Part shown: one piece after another, positions 54,520 to 62,770 of the stretch
Numbering within the stretch: position 1 is the first letter of the stretch
Layout: every line of letters starts with the position of its first letter
Source of the DNA: Candidatus Brockarchaeota archaeon
Lineage (GTDB): Archaea; Thermoproteota; EX4484-205; JAAOZO01
Direction: 5' to 3'
Assembly (NCBI GenBank): GCA_017601145.1
Contig: JAFNIV010000004.1
Span: 16,743-80,742, forward strand
DNA: 64,000 nucleotides
Translations under genes and position numbers: made by a program
The notes under the pieces: generated by a model
Databases searched by the model: none
Seen by the model: the letters and a program-made list of their open reading frames with translations, nothing else
Told to the model about the DNA's origin: nothing

Positions 54520-54760
54520 GGTGTATGATGGCCTTACTTGATCAGATAAGGTGGATAGGCGTAACGCAATAATTTAGGATAACTCAACTAATGGTGTTTA
54601 TGGACCTTAAGAACATAAACTCATGAACTAGCCGAGAAGTGAGGGCGCCCCCTACTAAACCCCCGAATACCAAGAAACAATTTAGATATAGCTCCATAAG
54701 AGAAACCCTCATACAGGCGAAGCGGACAAAACTATACGGTGGATAAGCTTCAACTTTTTT
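54520..54760. other. GC-enriched non-coding island, candidate structured RNA or element scar (unclassified)
   Basis: Lies inside a 428-bp gap. It contains AGTGAGGGCGCCCCCTACT (an imperfect palindrome around GGGCGCCC), GAGGG/CCCTC pairing partners, and is flanked by ATAAGGTGGATAGGC (from 54546) and ATACGGTGGATAAGC (from 54734). Confidence 0.3.
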
Positions 54761-54904
54761 GCTTCTAAAACTGATCAATTATATCTATTAGGTTAAAAAT
54801 CTAAGAAACAGTTTGCTAAACTACTTTGACGATTATGTTTAGATTGCCCCAGAGATAAAGTTCTAGGTTGAGTCATTTTACAAAAGTAATAAAGCTTGCA
54901 GTAA

Positions 54905-55366
54905 TTATGGTAGCTTAAGTTTCATCAGATAAGCATCTCTTTTTATTCCATAGTAATTAGGCAATATAGCTTCAACATTGAATCCAAATTTCTTATAAAA
55001 ACTAATTGCTGAATTGTTTGTCACTTCAACTTGTAGGAGAACTTCTTTTGCACCGAGTTCCTTTAGTTTTCCTAAAGCTTTGGTAAGAAGTAAACCTCCA
55101 ATTCCCTTCCTTCTGAACCTTTGAGAAACAGCTATTGATACTATTATTCCAGAGTTATAAAGTTTGTCAAACATTATATAGCCAACAACATCTTTGTTAA
55201 ATAATGCAACCAGAAAGTTTTCTGGATGCTTAGAGGAAAATGCTTTAAAAATTGCCTCGTCGTAAGGGTTGTTAAAGCTTTCGTTTTCTATTTCTAGAAT
55301 TTTTTTAAGGTGAATTAATCGGAAAAAATCAATCTTTAACTCCGGTGCTTCTTCGTACGAACACAT
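54905..55366 (-). CDS. rimI: GNAT N-acetyltransferase, RimI/Ard1-like
   Basis: Acetyl-CoA motif A (VSQRFRRKGIGGLLL) and an N-terminal IENESF block. Confidence 0.75.
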   Translation of the reverse strand: MCSYEEAPELKIDFFRLIHLKKILEIENESFNNPYDEAIFKAFSSKHPENFLVALFNKDVVGYIMFDKLYNSGIIVSIAVSQRFRRKGIGGLLLTKALGKLKELGAKEVLLQVEVTNNSAISFYKKFGFNVEAILPNYYGIKRDAYLMKLKLP

Positions 55367-55393
55367 CCATCTATAGGTTAGTATCTATAAGTA

Positions 55394-55816
55394 CTATTTT
55401 ACCTTTTCCAATATTATTGAAGGATAAATCTTTCTTATACCGTTGATTGCGGTAAGCTTTTTTGAAATAAGTTCGGAAAAATCATTTTGATCTTTGCATT
55501 CTACATATGCTACTAATGAATGGTCCCCCGTTGTTAGGTAAAGTCCCTTTATTTCAAGAAACTCTTTTAATTTAGCTTGAACATCAACGAGAGCTTCTGG
55601 ATCAATATCTACTCCTAGGAAAGATGAAACACCATAGCCGATTTTCTTTTCATCTACTTCTATTGTGTACCTTTTAATGATACCTTCTTTCATAAGTTTG
55701 TTTATTCTTTTTTGAATAGCTGGTTCACTTATACCTAATACTTCTTTTAGTTCTCTTAGAGTTTTTCTTCCGTCTTGTCTTAATAACTCAACTATTTTAA
55801 CGTCTACATCATCCAT
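55394..55816 (-). CDS. Lrp/AsnC-family transcriptional regulator
   Basis: N-terminal HTH (DVKIVELLRQDGRKTLRELKEVLGISEPAIQKRINKL) plus a C-terminal RAM domain. Confidence 0.85.
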   Translation of the reverse strand: MDDVDVKIVELLRQDGRKTLRELKEVLGISEPAIQKRINKLMKEGIIKRYTIEVDEKKIGYGVSSFLGVDIDPEALVDVQAKLKEFLEIKGLYLTTGDHSLVAYVECKDQNDFSELISKKLTAINGIRKIYPSIILEKVK

Positions 55817-56002
55817 ATTTCTTTTTCGGTATTAACTAATATTAGGCTATTTAAACTTTATTCATTTTCAGTAAATAAATTAATCAATTCCACGAAAAAA
55901 CATAATAAACTTTATGAAAAAGTAAAAATATTGTTATAAGTTTTTAATTAATTCTAGATTACCTATCAATGAATTAAAAGAATTATTAACTTATTAAAGT
56001 TT

Positions 56003-56740
56003 TCACATCATTTTAGTAACTAACTTTTCTAATATATTTTTCATAAGTCTCCCATTTAATAACATTGCGTGATTATTGTTAAACAAGACATAAACTTTTT
56101 TTGGCTTTACTCTTAAAATCCTTCTTGCAACTTCTGCAAGTTCTTTTCGAGTATACTCATGGGAGTACCATTCAGACCTACCATGCATTCTTTCGTAAAC
56201 TATACCATTAGTGCAATAAATCTCTCTTGGAAATTTTGTGTACTCTGGAGCATCAACACTAACCCATGTAATTCCTAAGCTTCTGGCCCAACTAGTCCAC
56301 TCACTGTTAAACCATTCTAAGTTTCTAACTTCTAAAGCAAAACTTTCCTTTAAGTTTGCTGCTTTTATGAACTTTTCCAGCTTTGGAAAATAACTTGGAC
56401 TCAAATTAGGTGGGAGTTGAAAGAGATAAAAATCTATGTTTTCACTTAATGGTTCAAACAAATTTTCTAGTTTTTTCCACGTAGAAAATGCCCTTTCGCT
56501 GAACTTAAAGATATGAGTAATGAACCTGTTAACTTTTATGATCCATCTTAATTCTGGATTAATCTCTTGAGTTTTTGATACCCAAGATTTTACTTGATTA
56601 GGGTAAGGAAAATGATAGAATGAGCTATTGAGCTCAATAACATTTAACCCTGAATTTTTAGCATACCACTCGAAAGAAAGCTCAGGATTCCATGAATAGT
56701 ACCAACCACTTGTACCTACAAATACTTGAGTTCTACTCAT
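56003..56740 (-). CDS. DUF72-family protein
   Basis: VGTSGWYYSW...IELNSSFYHFP is the DUF72 hallmark. Confidence 0.8.
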   Translation of the reverse strand: MSRTQVFVGTSGWYYSWNPELSFEWYAKNSGLNVIELNSSFYHFPYPNQVKSWVSKTQEINPELRWIIKVNRFITHIFKFSERAFSTWKKLENLFEPLSENIDFYLFQLPPNLSPSYFPKLEKFIKAANLKESFALEVRNLEWFNSEWTSWARSLGITWVSVDAPEYTKFPREIYCTNGIVYERMHGRSEWYSHEYTRKELAEVARRILRVKPKKVYVLFNNNHAMLLNGRLMKNILEKLVTKMM

Positions 56741-56954
56741 TCTCTAAATCAGTTTTTTCCAGTTCAAGATGCTGTAAAAATGTTCTGATGAGTTGTTAAT
56801 ACTTGAGAACATACTTTTAGAATCAAACAATTTCTGTATCCTCTCTTCATTTTATATTATAAAGGCTCTTCTTCTTATTTTTATTCTTTTCTTTAGAGTT
56901 AAACAAAGATGCTTTATCAGAAAAACTTATATTTGTTTTTTTGATTGTTAGAAT

Positions 56955-58391
56955 ATGGTAAGGTTCCAAAGAAAATTTGAGGAAGCAGAGATTGCATACA
57001 ACTTTGAGGACGTAATTTTACTTCCTAGATTATCAAAAGTTGAACCTAGAGAAATTGACTTAAAGACTAAGTTCTCAAGTAACATTCCAATAAACATACC
57101 ACTTGTTTCTTCACCTATGGATACTGTAACTGAAGCTGAAATGGCAATAGCTCTTGCTAGACGTGGTGGAATTGGAGTTATTCATAGAAATTGTTCTACT
57201 GATGAAGAACTTGAAATAGTAAAGGCTGTAAAAAGGTCAGAATCATTTATAATCAAGGAAGTTATAACAACAAACAAAGAAGCTAAAGTTGGAGAAGCGG
57301 CAGAAATTATGAAGAAATATAAAATTTCAGGTTTACCAGTAGTTGAAAATAATAAACTTGTAGGTATAATAACAGGCAGAGATGTTAGGTTTGCAGATCC
57401 TTCAATAAAGGTTGGCGAAGCTATGACAAAAGATGTTGTAGTAGCTGAGCCTAACATCACTCCAGAAGAAGCTATTGAACTTATGAAAAAACATAAAGTA
57501 GAGAAACTACCAGTTATAGACAGAGAAAGAAGGTTGGTAGGGCTAATAACTTACAAGGATGTAGCACTAAGAGGAGAGTACAAGGAAGCAACAAGAGATA
57601 AAGAAGGAAGGCTAAGAGTTGCTGCTGCTATTTCTCCATTTGATATTGATAGAGCTAAGCTTTTATCTAAATATGCAGATGCCTTAGTTATAGATGTTGC
57701 ACACTTTCATAACGAAGACGTAATTGAAGCAACTAAGAAAATAGTAAAGGAAGTAGAAGTTGATGTTGTAATTGGAAACCTTGGAACGAGAGAAGGAGTC
57801 TTAGATTCAATTTCTAAGATCGATAGAGTTGCAGGGCTAAGGGTTGGAATGGGAAGTGGATCGGCTTGCATAACAACAGAAGTTACTAGAGCAGGAGCTC
57901 CTACACTTTTTGCAGTTTCTCAAGCAGCAGACGCCTTAGAAGAAATTGGCGTTAGAATACCAATAATTGCAGATGGAGGAATTAGAAATCCTGGGGATGT
58001 AGCTTTAGCTATTGCCTTTGGAGCATCTTGTGCAATGTTAGGGTATGTCTTTGCAAGTTGCAAAGAAAGTCCAAGCCCAATGACAATAATAAACGGGAGG
58101 TACTTTAAGCTGCATAGAGGAATGGGAAGCCAATCCGCTAGACAGAAAAGAATGGCATTAGACAGATATGCAACTTTTTCAAAGGAAATTCCAGAGGGTA
58201 CAGAAATTTGGGTACCTTATAGGGGAGAAGTTGCTTCTGTAATAGGCGAGTTTGTCTCAGGAATAAAAGCAGCCATGGGTTATGCAGGGGCTTCAAACAT
58301 AGTAGAGTTACAAGAAAACGGGAAGGTTGCTAAAGTTATATCAAGGAAAGATAAGTTAATAGCAACTCAAAACGTCGAACAGATTAAGTAG
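56955..58391 (+). CDS. guaB: IMP dehydrogenase with CBS pair
   Basis: SSPMDTVTE, a CBS pair (about 95-205), catalytic loop GMGSGSACITTEV, and IADGGIRNPGD. Confidence 0.9.
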   Translation: MVRFQRKFEEAEIAYNFEDVILLPRLSKVEPREIDLKTKFSSNIPINIPLVSSPMDTVTEAEMAIALARRGGIGVIHRNCSTDEELEIVKAVKRSESFIIKEVITTNKEAKVGEAAEIMKKYKISGLPVVENNKLVGIITGRDVRFADPSIKVGEAMTKDVVVAEPNITPEEAIELMKKHKVEKLPVIDRERRLVGLITYKDVALRGEYKEATRDKEGRLRVAAAISPFDIDRAKLLSKYADALVIDVAHFHNEDVIEATKKIVKEVEVDVVIGNLGTREGVLDSISKIDRVAGLRVGMGSGSACITTEVTRAGAPTLFAVSQAADALEEIGVRIPIIADGGIRNPGDVALAIAFGASCAMLGYVFASCKESPSPMTIINGRYFKLHRGMGSQSARQKRMALDRYATFSKEIPEGTEIWVPYRGEVASVIGEFVSGIKAAMGYAGASNIVELQENGKVAKVISRKDKLIATQNVEQIK

Positions 58392-58413
58392 AGTAAGAAT
58401 TTCTTAATTCAAA

Positions 58414-60522
58414 TTATCCATTGTTTTCTTGTATTATATACCTTACCTTAACACAAAGTGAGTTATTGCTTTTGTAAAGTTCTCCAAGAGCTTTAAAAGA
58501 CGAACCTTTTTTGATTAAATATCTTGGACCTTCATAGTCTTCTGAATAGAGCTTTGCATACCATCTATCGTTTACAATGACAATAGCGTGCCCCTCTAAA
58601 ACTTTTTCAACTTCTATGTTCAGGAGTCTTGCATTAGGTATTCTTTTGTATGGAACTTTCAGTATGTCATCGTATTTCTTCAGTATTCCACCTTTTTTAA
58701 GAGAATTAACAGCTTTTTCTACCACTTCTTTGCCTATGTCTTCTTCTTCAAGTTTATCTTTGATTTCATCAATTTTAAGTCCACGAGATCCAGACTTTAA
58801 AACTTCCCTATAGATTAACTTCTTTGCAGTAGAAAGTTGTCTTTTGTTTGCTTTGATATCTCCAACTATTCTAGCTTCTTTAACATCCTTTTTTACATCC
58901 TCTTGTTCTAAGTTAGAACTTTGAAGCGCAATGATGTCTTCTTGAGTCATTTTGTCAACAAAGTAACTAAGCTTACTTCTCTTTGAACTTTGTAGAGTTA
59001 AGTTGAGCTGTTCTATTATTCTTTTCATTTTCTTTACTTTTTTATATGAAGAAAAGAAGTATGCAACGTCTGTGGTTCCAGTTGTGGAAAGAACTATAAC
59101 TTTTCCAGGACTCTTTCTTCCTGTTCTTCCTCTTCTTTGGATATACCTAATTTCGGATGGAATTGGCTCGTAAAATACCACAAGATCAACTTCTGGAATG
59201 TCAAGACCTTCTTCTCCAACAGAAGTTGATATTAGAACGTTCAGATTTCCTTTTCTAAAGTCTTCAATTATCTCTACCTGCTTTTCTTGAGATAGACCTT
59301 CGTCCCCTGTCTTTGAAGCTTGCCCTACAAAACGCTCTACTCTTACATCATTAACCTTCTTTAGAACCTCAACTAAATGCGTTACAGTATCACGGTACTG
59401 AGTAAACACTAAAATTCTTGAATTTTTGTTTCTTGTAAGCTGTTCTTCTACTATTCTTTTTAGAAGTTCAACTTTAGGATGCTCTATTGGGGGATCAGAA
59501 AAAACAAGCTTTACTATTTCTGCATAACGAATATCTTTCATTATTAAGTTATGACTTTTTTTATCATCGTTTTCAATCCTTATAAGGAAGGATCTTAGAG
59601 TATACATTCCTTGAGTTTCAAGTATCTCAAGCATGTGAAATAAAGTTAAAGCTGCAGATTGATAAGCTAGTGCTTGGTAGGCGATGCCTAAGTTTGAACT
59701 AGAAGCTAAAAGCTTTCTGAGGTCTTCACCAAGTTCAATTAGGTCTTTTCTAGTAGTTTTACTTACAACAACTTTTAGAAAGTTGTTTTCTCTTAGCCAT
59801 CTTAGCTTTTCATTTAGCATACCCTTTATGATAGCACTTACTAGTTGGTATTCTGCAGGTAAACTAACTTGTTTTACTTCAATGTTTATTGGATTAATAT
59901 AAGGCTTTACGTCTGGATCTTCTTCTGTCTTGTATTCTATCCTTTCTATAAGTAACGAGTCACAAACCATTTTTATCCTTTCTTGATCCGAACCTGGAGA
60001 AGCTGTTAGGGCAAGTATTAAAGGGTAGTCACATTGTTTTGCGTATTGTTTTGCAACTTCAGTATATGCATAATCTTTAACTGCTCTATGACTCTCATCA
60101 AAAATAAGAAGAGCAAAATCTTTTAAGTTTAGTATTCCATTAGAAACATCGTTTTTTACAATTTGTGGTGTAGCAAAATAAAACTTAGAATCTGAGTTCC
60201 ATATTTTTACTCTTTTTTCCTGAGTAGTTTTTCCAGTTATAGCAATGAAATGATTTTCAGGTAAGTTTATGATTCTTTTAAAAGTCTCTCTGTGCTGGAG
60301 TACTAATGGTCTTGTTGGTGCCATCATCAGTATTTTCTTTGATTTATTGTTTAGCAAAACTTCAACAGCAACAAGCGCAGCCACCACTGTTTTTCCTAGA
60401 GCTGTTGGAAGAATAACTAAAGTATTCTCCTTTGTTGCTACGTTAACTATGTTTCTTTGGTAAAGTCTGTCTTCTACAACATTCTCCTTAATTAACGGGT
60501 GGCTAACGTAGTTTAAGCTCAT
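58414..60522 (-). CDS. hef: Hef/FANCM/MPH1-like SF2 helicase without an ERCC4 nuclease domain
   Basis: Motif I LPTALGKT, motif II FDESHR, motif VI QRRGRTGR, with an insertion domain between the RecA lobes. The C-terminal 190 aa look like a winged helix plus a small beta domain, not a nuclease/HhH2. Confidence 0.7.
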   Translation of the reverse strand: MSLNYVSHPLIKENVVEDRLYQRNIVNVATKENTLVILPTALGKTVVAALVAVEVLLNNKSKKILMMAPTRPLVLQHRETFKRIINLPENHFIAITGKTTQEKRVKIWNSDSKFYFATPQIVKNDVSNGILNLKDFALLIFDESHRAVKDYAYTEVAKQYAKQCDYPLILALTASPGSDQERIKMVCDSLLIERIEYKTEEDPDVKPYINPINIEVKQVSLPAEYQLVSAIIKGMLNEKLRWLRENNFLKVVVSKTTRKDLIELGEDLRKLLASSSNLGIAYQALAYQSAALTLFHMLEILETQGMYTLRSFLIRIENDDKKSHNLIMKDIRYAEIVKLVFSDPPIEHPKVELLKRIVEEQLTRNKNSRILVFTQYRDTVTHLVEVLKKVNDVRVERFVGQASKTGDEGLSQEKQVEIIEDFRKGNLNVLISTSVGEEGLDIPEVDLVVFYEPIPSEIRYIQRRGRTGRKSPGKVIVLSTTGTTDVAYFFSSYKKVKKMKRIIEQLNLTLQSSKRSKLSYFVDKMTQEDIIALQSSNLEQEDVKKDVKEARIVGDIKANKRQLSTAKKLIYREVLKSGSRGLKIDEIKDKLEEEDIGKEVVEKAVNSLKKGGILKKYDDILKVPYKRIPNARLLNIEVEKVLEGHAIVIVNDRWYAKLYSEDYEGPRYLIKKGSSFKALGELYKSNNSLCVKVRYIIQENNG

Positions 60523-60558
60523 TTTAACTTTCTTTCTCTTCCTTACTTCAGCGAACTA

Positions 60559-61285
60559 CCCATGACTTCAGCCATGGGATTTCCTGCTTCAATGATGAAA
60601 CTTAATGGCATTTTTACCAGTAGAAGCTTCATCTCAGCAGGCATTTTAGAGTACCCAACCCCGAATTTTTATTTTAAAATAGTAAGTTTATAAAGCTTTT
60701 TGACTTCATTTCACAACAGAATTTCGATAAAGTAAAACTAAGATACTCTCCTTTTTCCCCTAACTTAAGTAGCAAATATAAGATTTTTGAAGAAAATGGA
60801 GCCGATGTTTTTACGAAGCTTAGTTATGGACTATTGTGAGACTCATAGGTTTTCATCCCCTTCCCTTTCACCTCTATGAGATTCATAAATGGCTTTTAGA
60901 GCAACAGACTTCATCACCCTAAGCATGTTAACTACGATTGCATCTCTATCGTTCTTGTACCTGCATTTTTCACATTTCTTAAGCTTATGTCCATTCGATG
61001 CTAGCTCACCACTACATATCAAACAAAGGCTCGAGGTTCTCTCGGATTACATGCTCGACTAGTAATGTTGAATAGTAGAAATACATTGAATAACTCTACT
61101 TCTTCCATTTCTAAAAGCGTTCTATGCAGAAGTTTATCGTATTCCTAAAGTCTTCTAAGATCTTTCTAACGTCGTCGTTTACTTCGTAAGTGAACGGAAT
61201 TCCGAGAATAACTTCCACAACAGAATGCAATAAATATCTATAAAAATCCATTTATTCTAAAACTGCTTCTTAACCCATTAAGAAG
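60559..61285 (-). mobile_element. decayed tnpB-only (IS1341-like) element with candidate subterminal hairpins
   Basis: The tnpB remnant is bracketed by hairpins CTTCTTAA-ccca-TTAAGAAG (61266-61285) and CCCATG-acttcagc-CATGGG (60559-60578). The boundaries are inferred, not proven. Confidence 0.4.
60843..61251 (-). pseudogene. tnpB: second tnpB remnant (N- and C-terminal pieces, interior deleted)
   Basis: Hand translation gives MDFYRYLLHSVVEVILGIPFTYEVNDDVRKILEDFRNTINFCIERF* and then ...CLICSGELASNGHKLKKCEKCRYKNDRDAIVVNMLRV...GDENL*. The second piece is a CxxC..CxxC zinc finger plus the RuvC-III DRD block. Confidence 0.65.
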
Positions 61286-61307
61286 AAGCTTGTCTTTAAC
61301 TCTGCCG

Positions 61308-61895
61308 TTAGTATGAAGCCTTTGGAATATAAAGTAAACCTTCTCCTGGGTCTCCCAGAGCAACCACTTTAGACTCTAAAAACATTAGTCCAACTAAAGC
61401 TGCAGTAATAGCATCTAGCTCATGCTCATTTGCTTTCTCAATTTCTCCTTTTATTTTAAGCTTAATAAGACCATTTCTTAAAGAATTTAAATTGCTCTTT
61501 CTACTAATCGACAGTATATCCTGAGCTGCGCCAGGGTAAACTTCAATAACTTTAAATCCTTTCGTTCTTAGCTCATCAGCTAGAATAATTCCTCTTTCTG
61601 TAAGCTTTCTCATCGGTCCAAGTGTAACTGGAAAAAACTTTATCTTTAATTTTAACAACTCTTTATCGCATTGTCTCAAGTGAGGACCAGTTCTATCGTT
61701 TATAGACTTTCTTCCCTTTGGCAACGAAAGAGGAGCGTCTATTGCAACTATACTTGGTTTTATTTCTTCTATGAACTTTACTATTTCCGAGTTCTCGTAT
61801 ACAGTTGTGAACTTTGCAACTAGTTCATTATCCAACGAGCACAGTCCGGTTGGTCTTTTAGGAGATCCTGCTAAGTCTACACCTATAGAGATCAT
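61308..61895 (-). CDS. DUF429-family protein (RNase-H-like fold, function unknown)
   Basis: MISIGVDLAGSPKRPTG start and the later AIDAPL and HELDAITAAL blocks, as in DUF429. It overlaps the rpl13e stop by 4 nt. Confidence 0.65.
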   Translation of the reverse strand: MISIGVDLAGSPKRPTGLCSLDNELVAKFTTVYENSEIVKFIEEIKPSIVAIDAPLSLPKGRKSINDRTGPHLRQCDKELLKLKIKFFPVTLGPMRKLTERGIILADELRTKGFKVIEVYPGAAQDILSISRKSNLNSLRNGLIKLKIKGEIEKANEHELDAITAALVGLMFLESKVVALGDPGEGLLYIPKASY

Positions 61896-62113
61896 GTTGC
61901 TTTAGTTTTAGTGTACGCATCTTTAGCTTCCTTGAGAGTTTTTACGTTCTCTTCTCTTATAGACTTTCTTCTCCTGTCAATTCTAATTCCCAGCTTCTTC
62001 GCAAGTTCAAATGTAACACCGGCCTGCCTTAGTTCACCAATGCTAAAACCCTTTCCTTCTCTTAACTTCTTTGTTATAGGAGACTTTACAAGAGGGACTA
62101 ATTCATCCTTCAT
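61892..62113 (-). CDS. rpl13e: 50S ribosomal protein L13e
   Basis: REGKGFSIGELRQAGVTFELAKKLGIRIDRRRKSIREENVKTLKE matches the archaeal L13e core (RxGRGFS.xEL..aG......A..lGI.vD.RR) as I remember it. Confidence 0.7.
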   Translation of the reverse strand: MKDELVPLVKSPITKKLREGKGFSIGELRQAGVTFELAKKLGIRIDRRRKSIREENVKTLKEAKDAYTKTKAT

Positions 62114-62146
62114 GTTTTAAACCAAAGTTTTTAAGAAAGGGTTTTA

Positions 62147-62770
62147 TTAATTTTCGCTTTCTTCAACCACCTCAACGAATGGATTTACGTAGTGAGGTTT
62201 TCCTTTTCCGTATGTTTTTACAAAATCCTTTATTTCTTTTAAGTCACTTTCAGTTAACCAAGGATACTTAACTGTTCTAAAAATCGTATAAGGAAGTTCA
62301 GCTGCAACCTTAATAGACTCTAATAAAGCATCAACATTAAAGTTTGTTCTAATTGTGAATTCATATTTTTCTTTTTTAAAAGGCGGGGCTTTTATGTCGA
62401 TCGCAAAGCCATCAACGTAGCTTGAAACAAGTTTAACAACTTCTGGTTTTGAACCATTTGAATCTACTCTTAATATTAAATCCTTTCTTTTTTCCTTAAT
62501 TAGCTTCGTTAAGTTTAGAAGTTTTTCTCCATGGATTGTTGGTTCTCCACCAGTAATTATTACCATGTCGACAATAAAGTTGTTTTCCAGTTCCCAAAGT
62601 AGTTGTTCATAAGAAACCTCTTCAAACTCTCCTCTTGCTATCTTGTAGTTGTGGCACTGCCTACAGTTAAAGTTACAGTAAGGCAAGTATATGTTTAAAG
62701 AAACATGATTTGGATGGTCTATTCCTGAAGTTAAAAGTCCAGCTATCTTTGGAAAGTTAAGGGAGTTCAT
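62147..62770 (-). CDS. nrdG: anaerobic ribonucleoside-triphosphate reductase activating protein (radical SAM)
   Basis: CNFNCRQCHN (Cx3Cx2C), the ITGGEPT block, and a position immediately downstream of nrdD with a 1-nt overlap. Confidence 0.8.
   Translation of the reverse strand: MNSLNFPKIAGLLTSGIDHPNHVSLNIYLPYCNFNCRQCHNYKIARGEFEEVSYEQLLWELENNFIVDMVIITGGEPTIHGEKLLNLTKLIKEKRKDLILRVDSNGSKPEVVKLVSSYVDGFAIDIKAPPFKKEKYEFTIRTNFNVDALLESIKVAAELPYTIFRTVKYPWLTESDLKEIKDFVKTYGKGKPHYVNPFVEVVEESEN

Noticed and set aside
54584-54778. A 64-aa ORF on the - strand inside the GC-rich island.
   Set aside because: It has no start context and no recognisable domain, and its composition is driven by the GC patch. 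I treat the region as non-coding or an unknown element instead.
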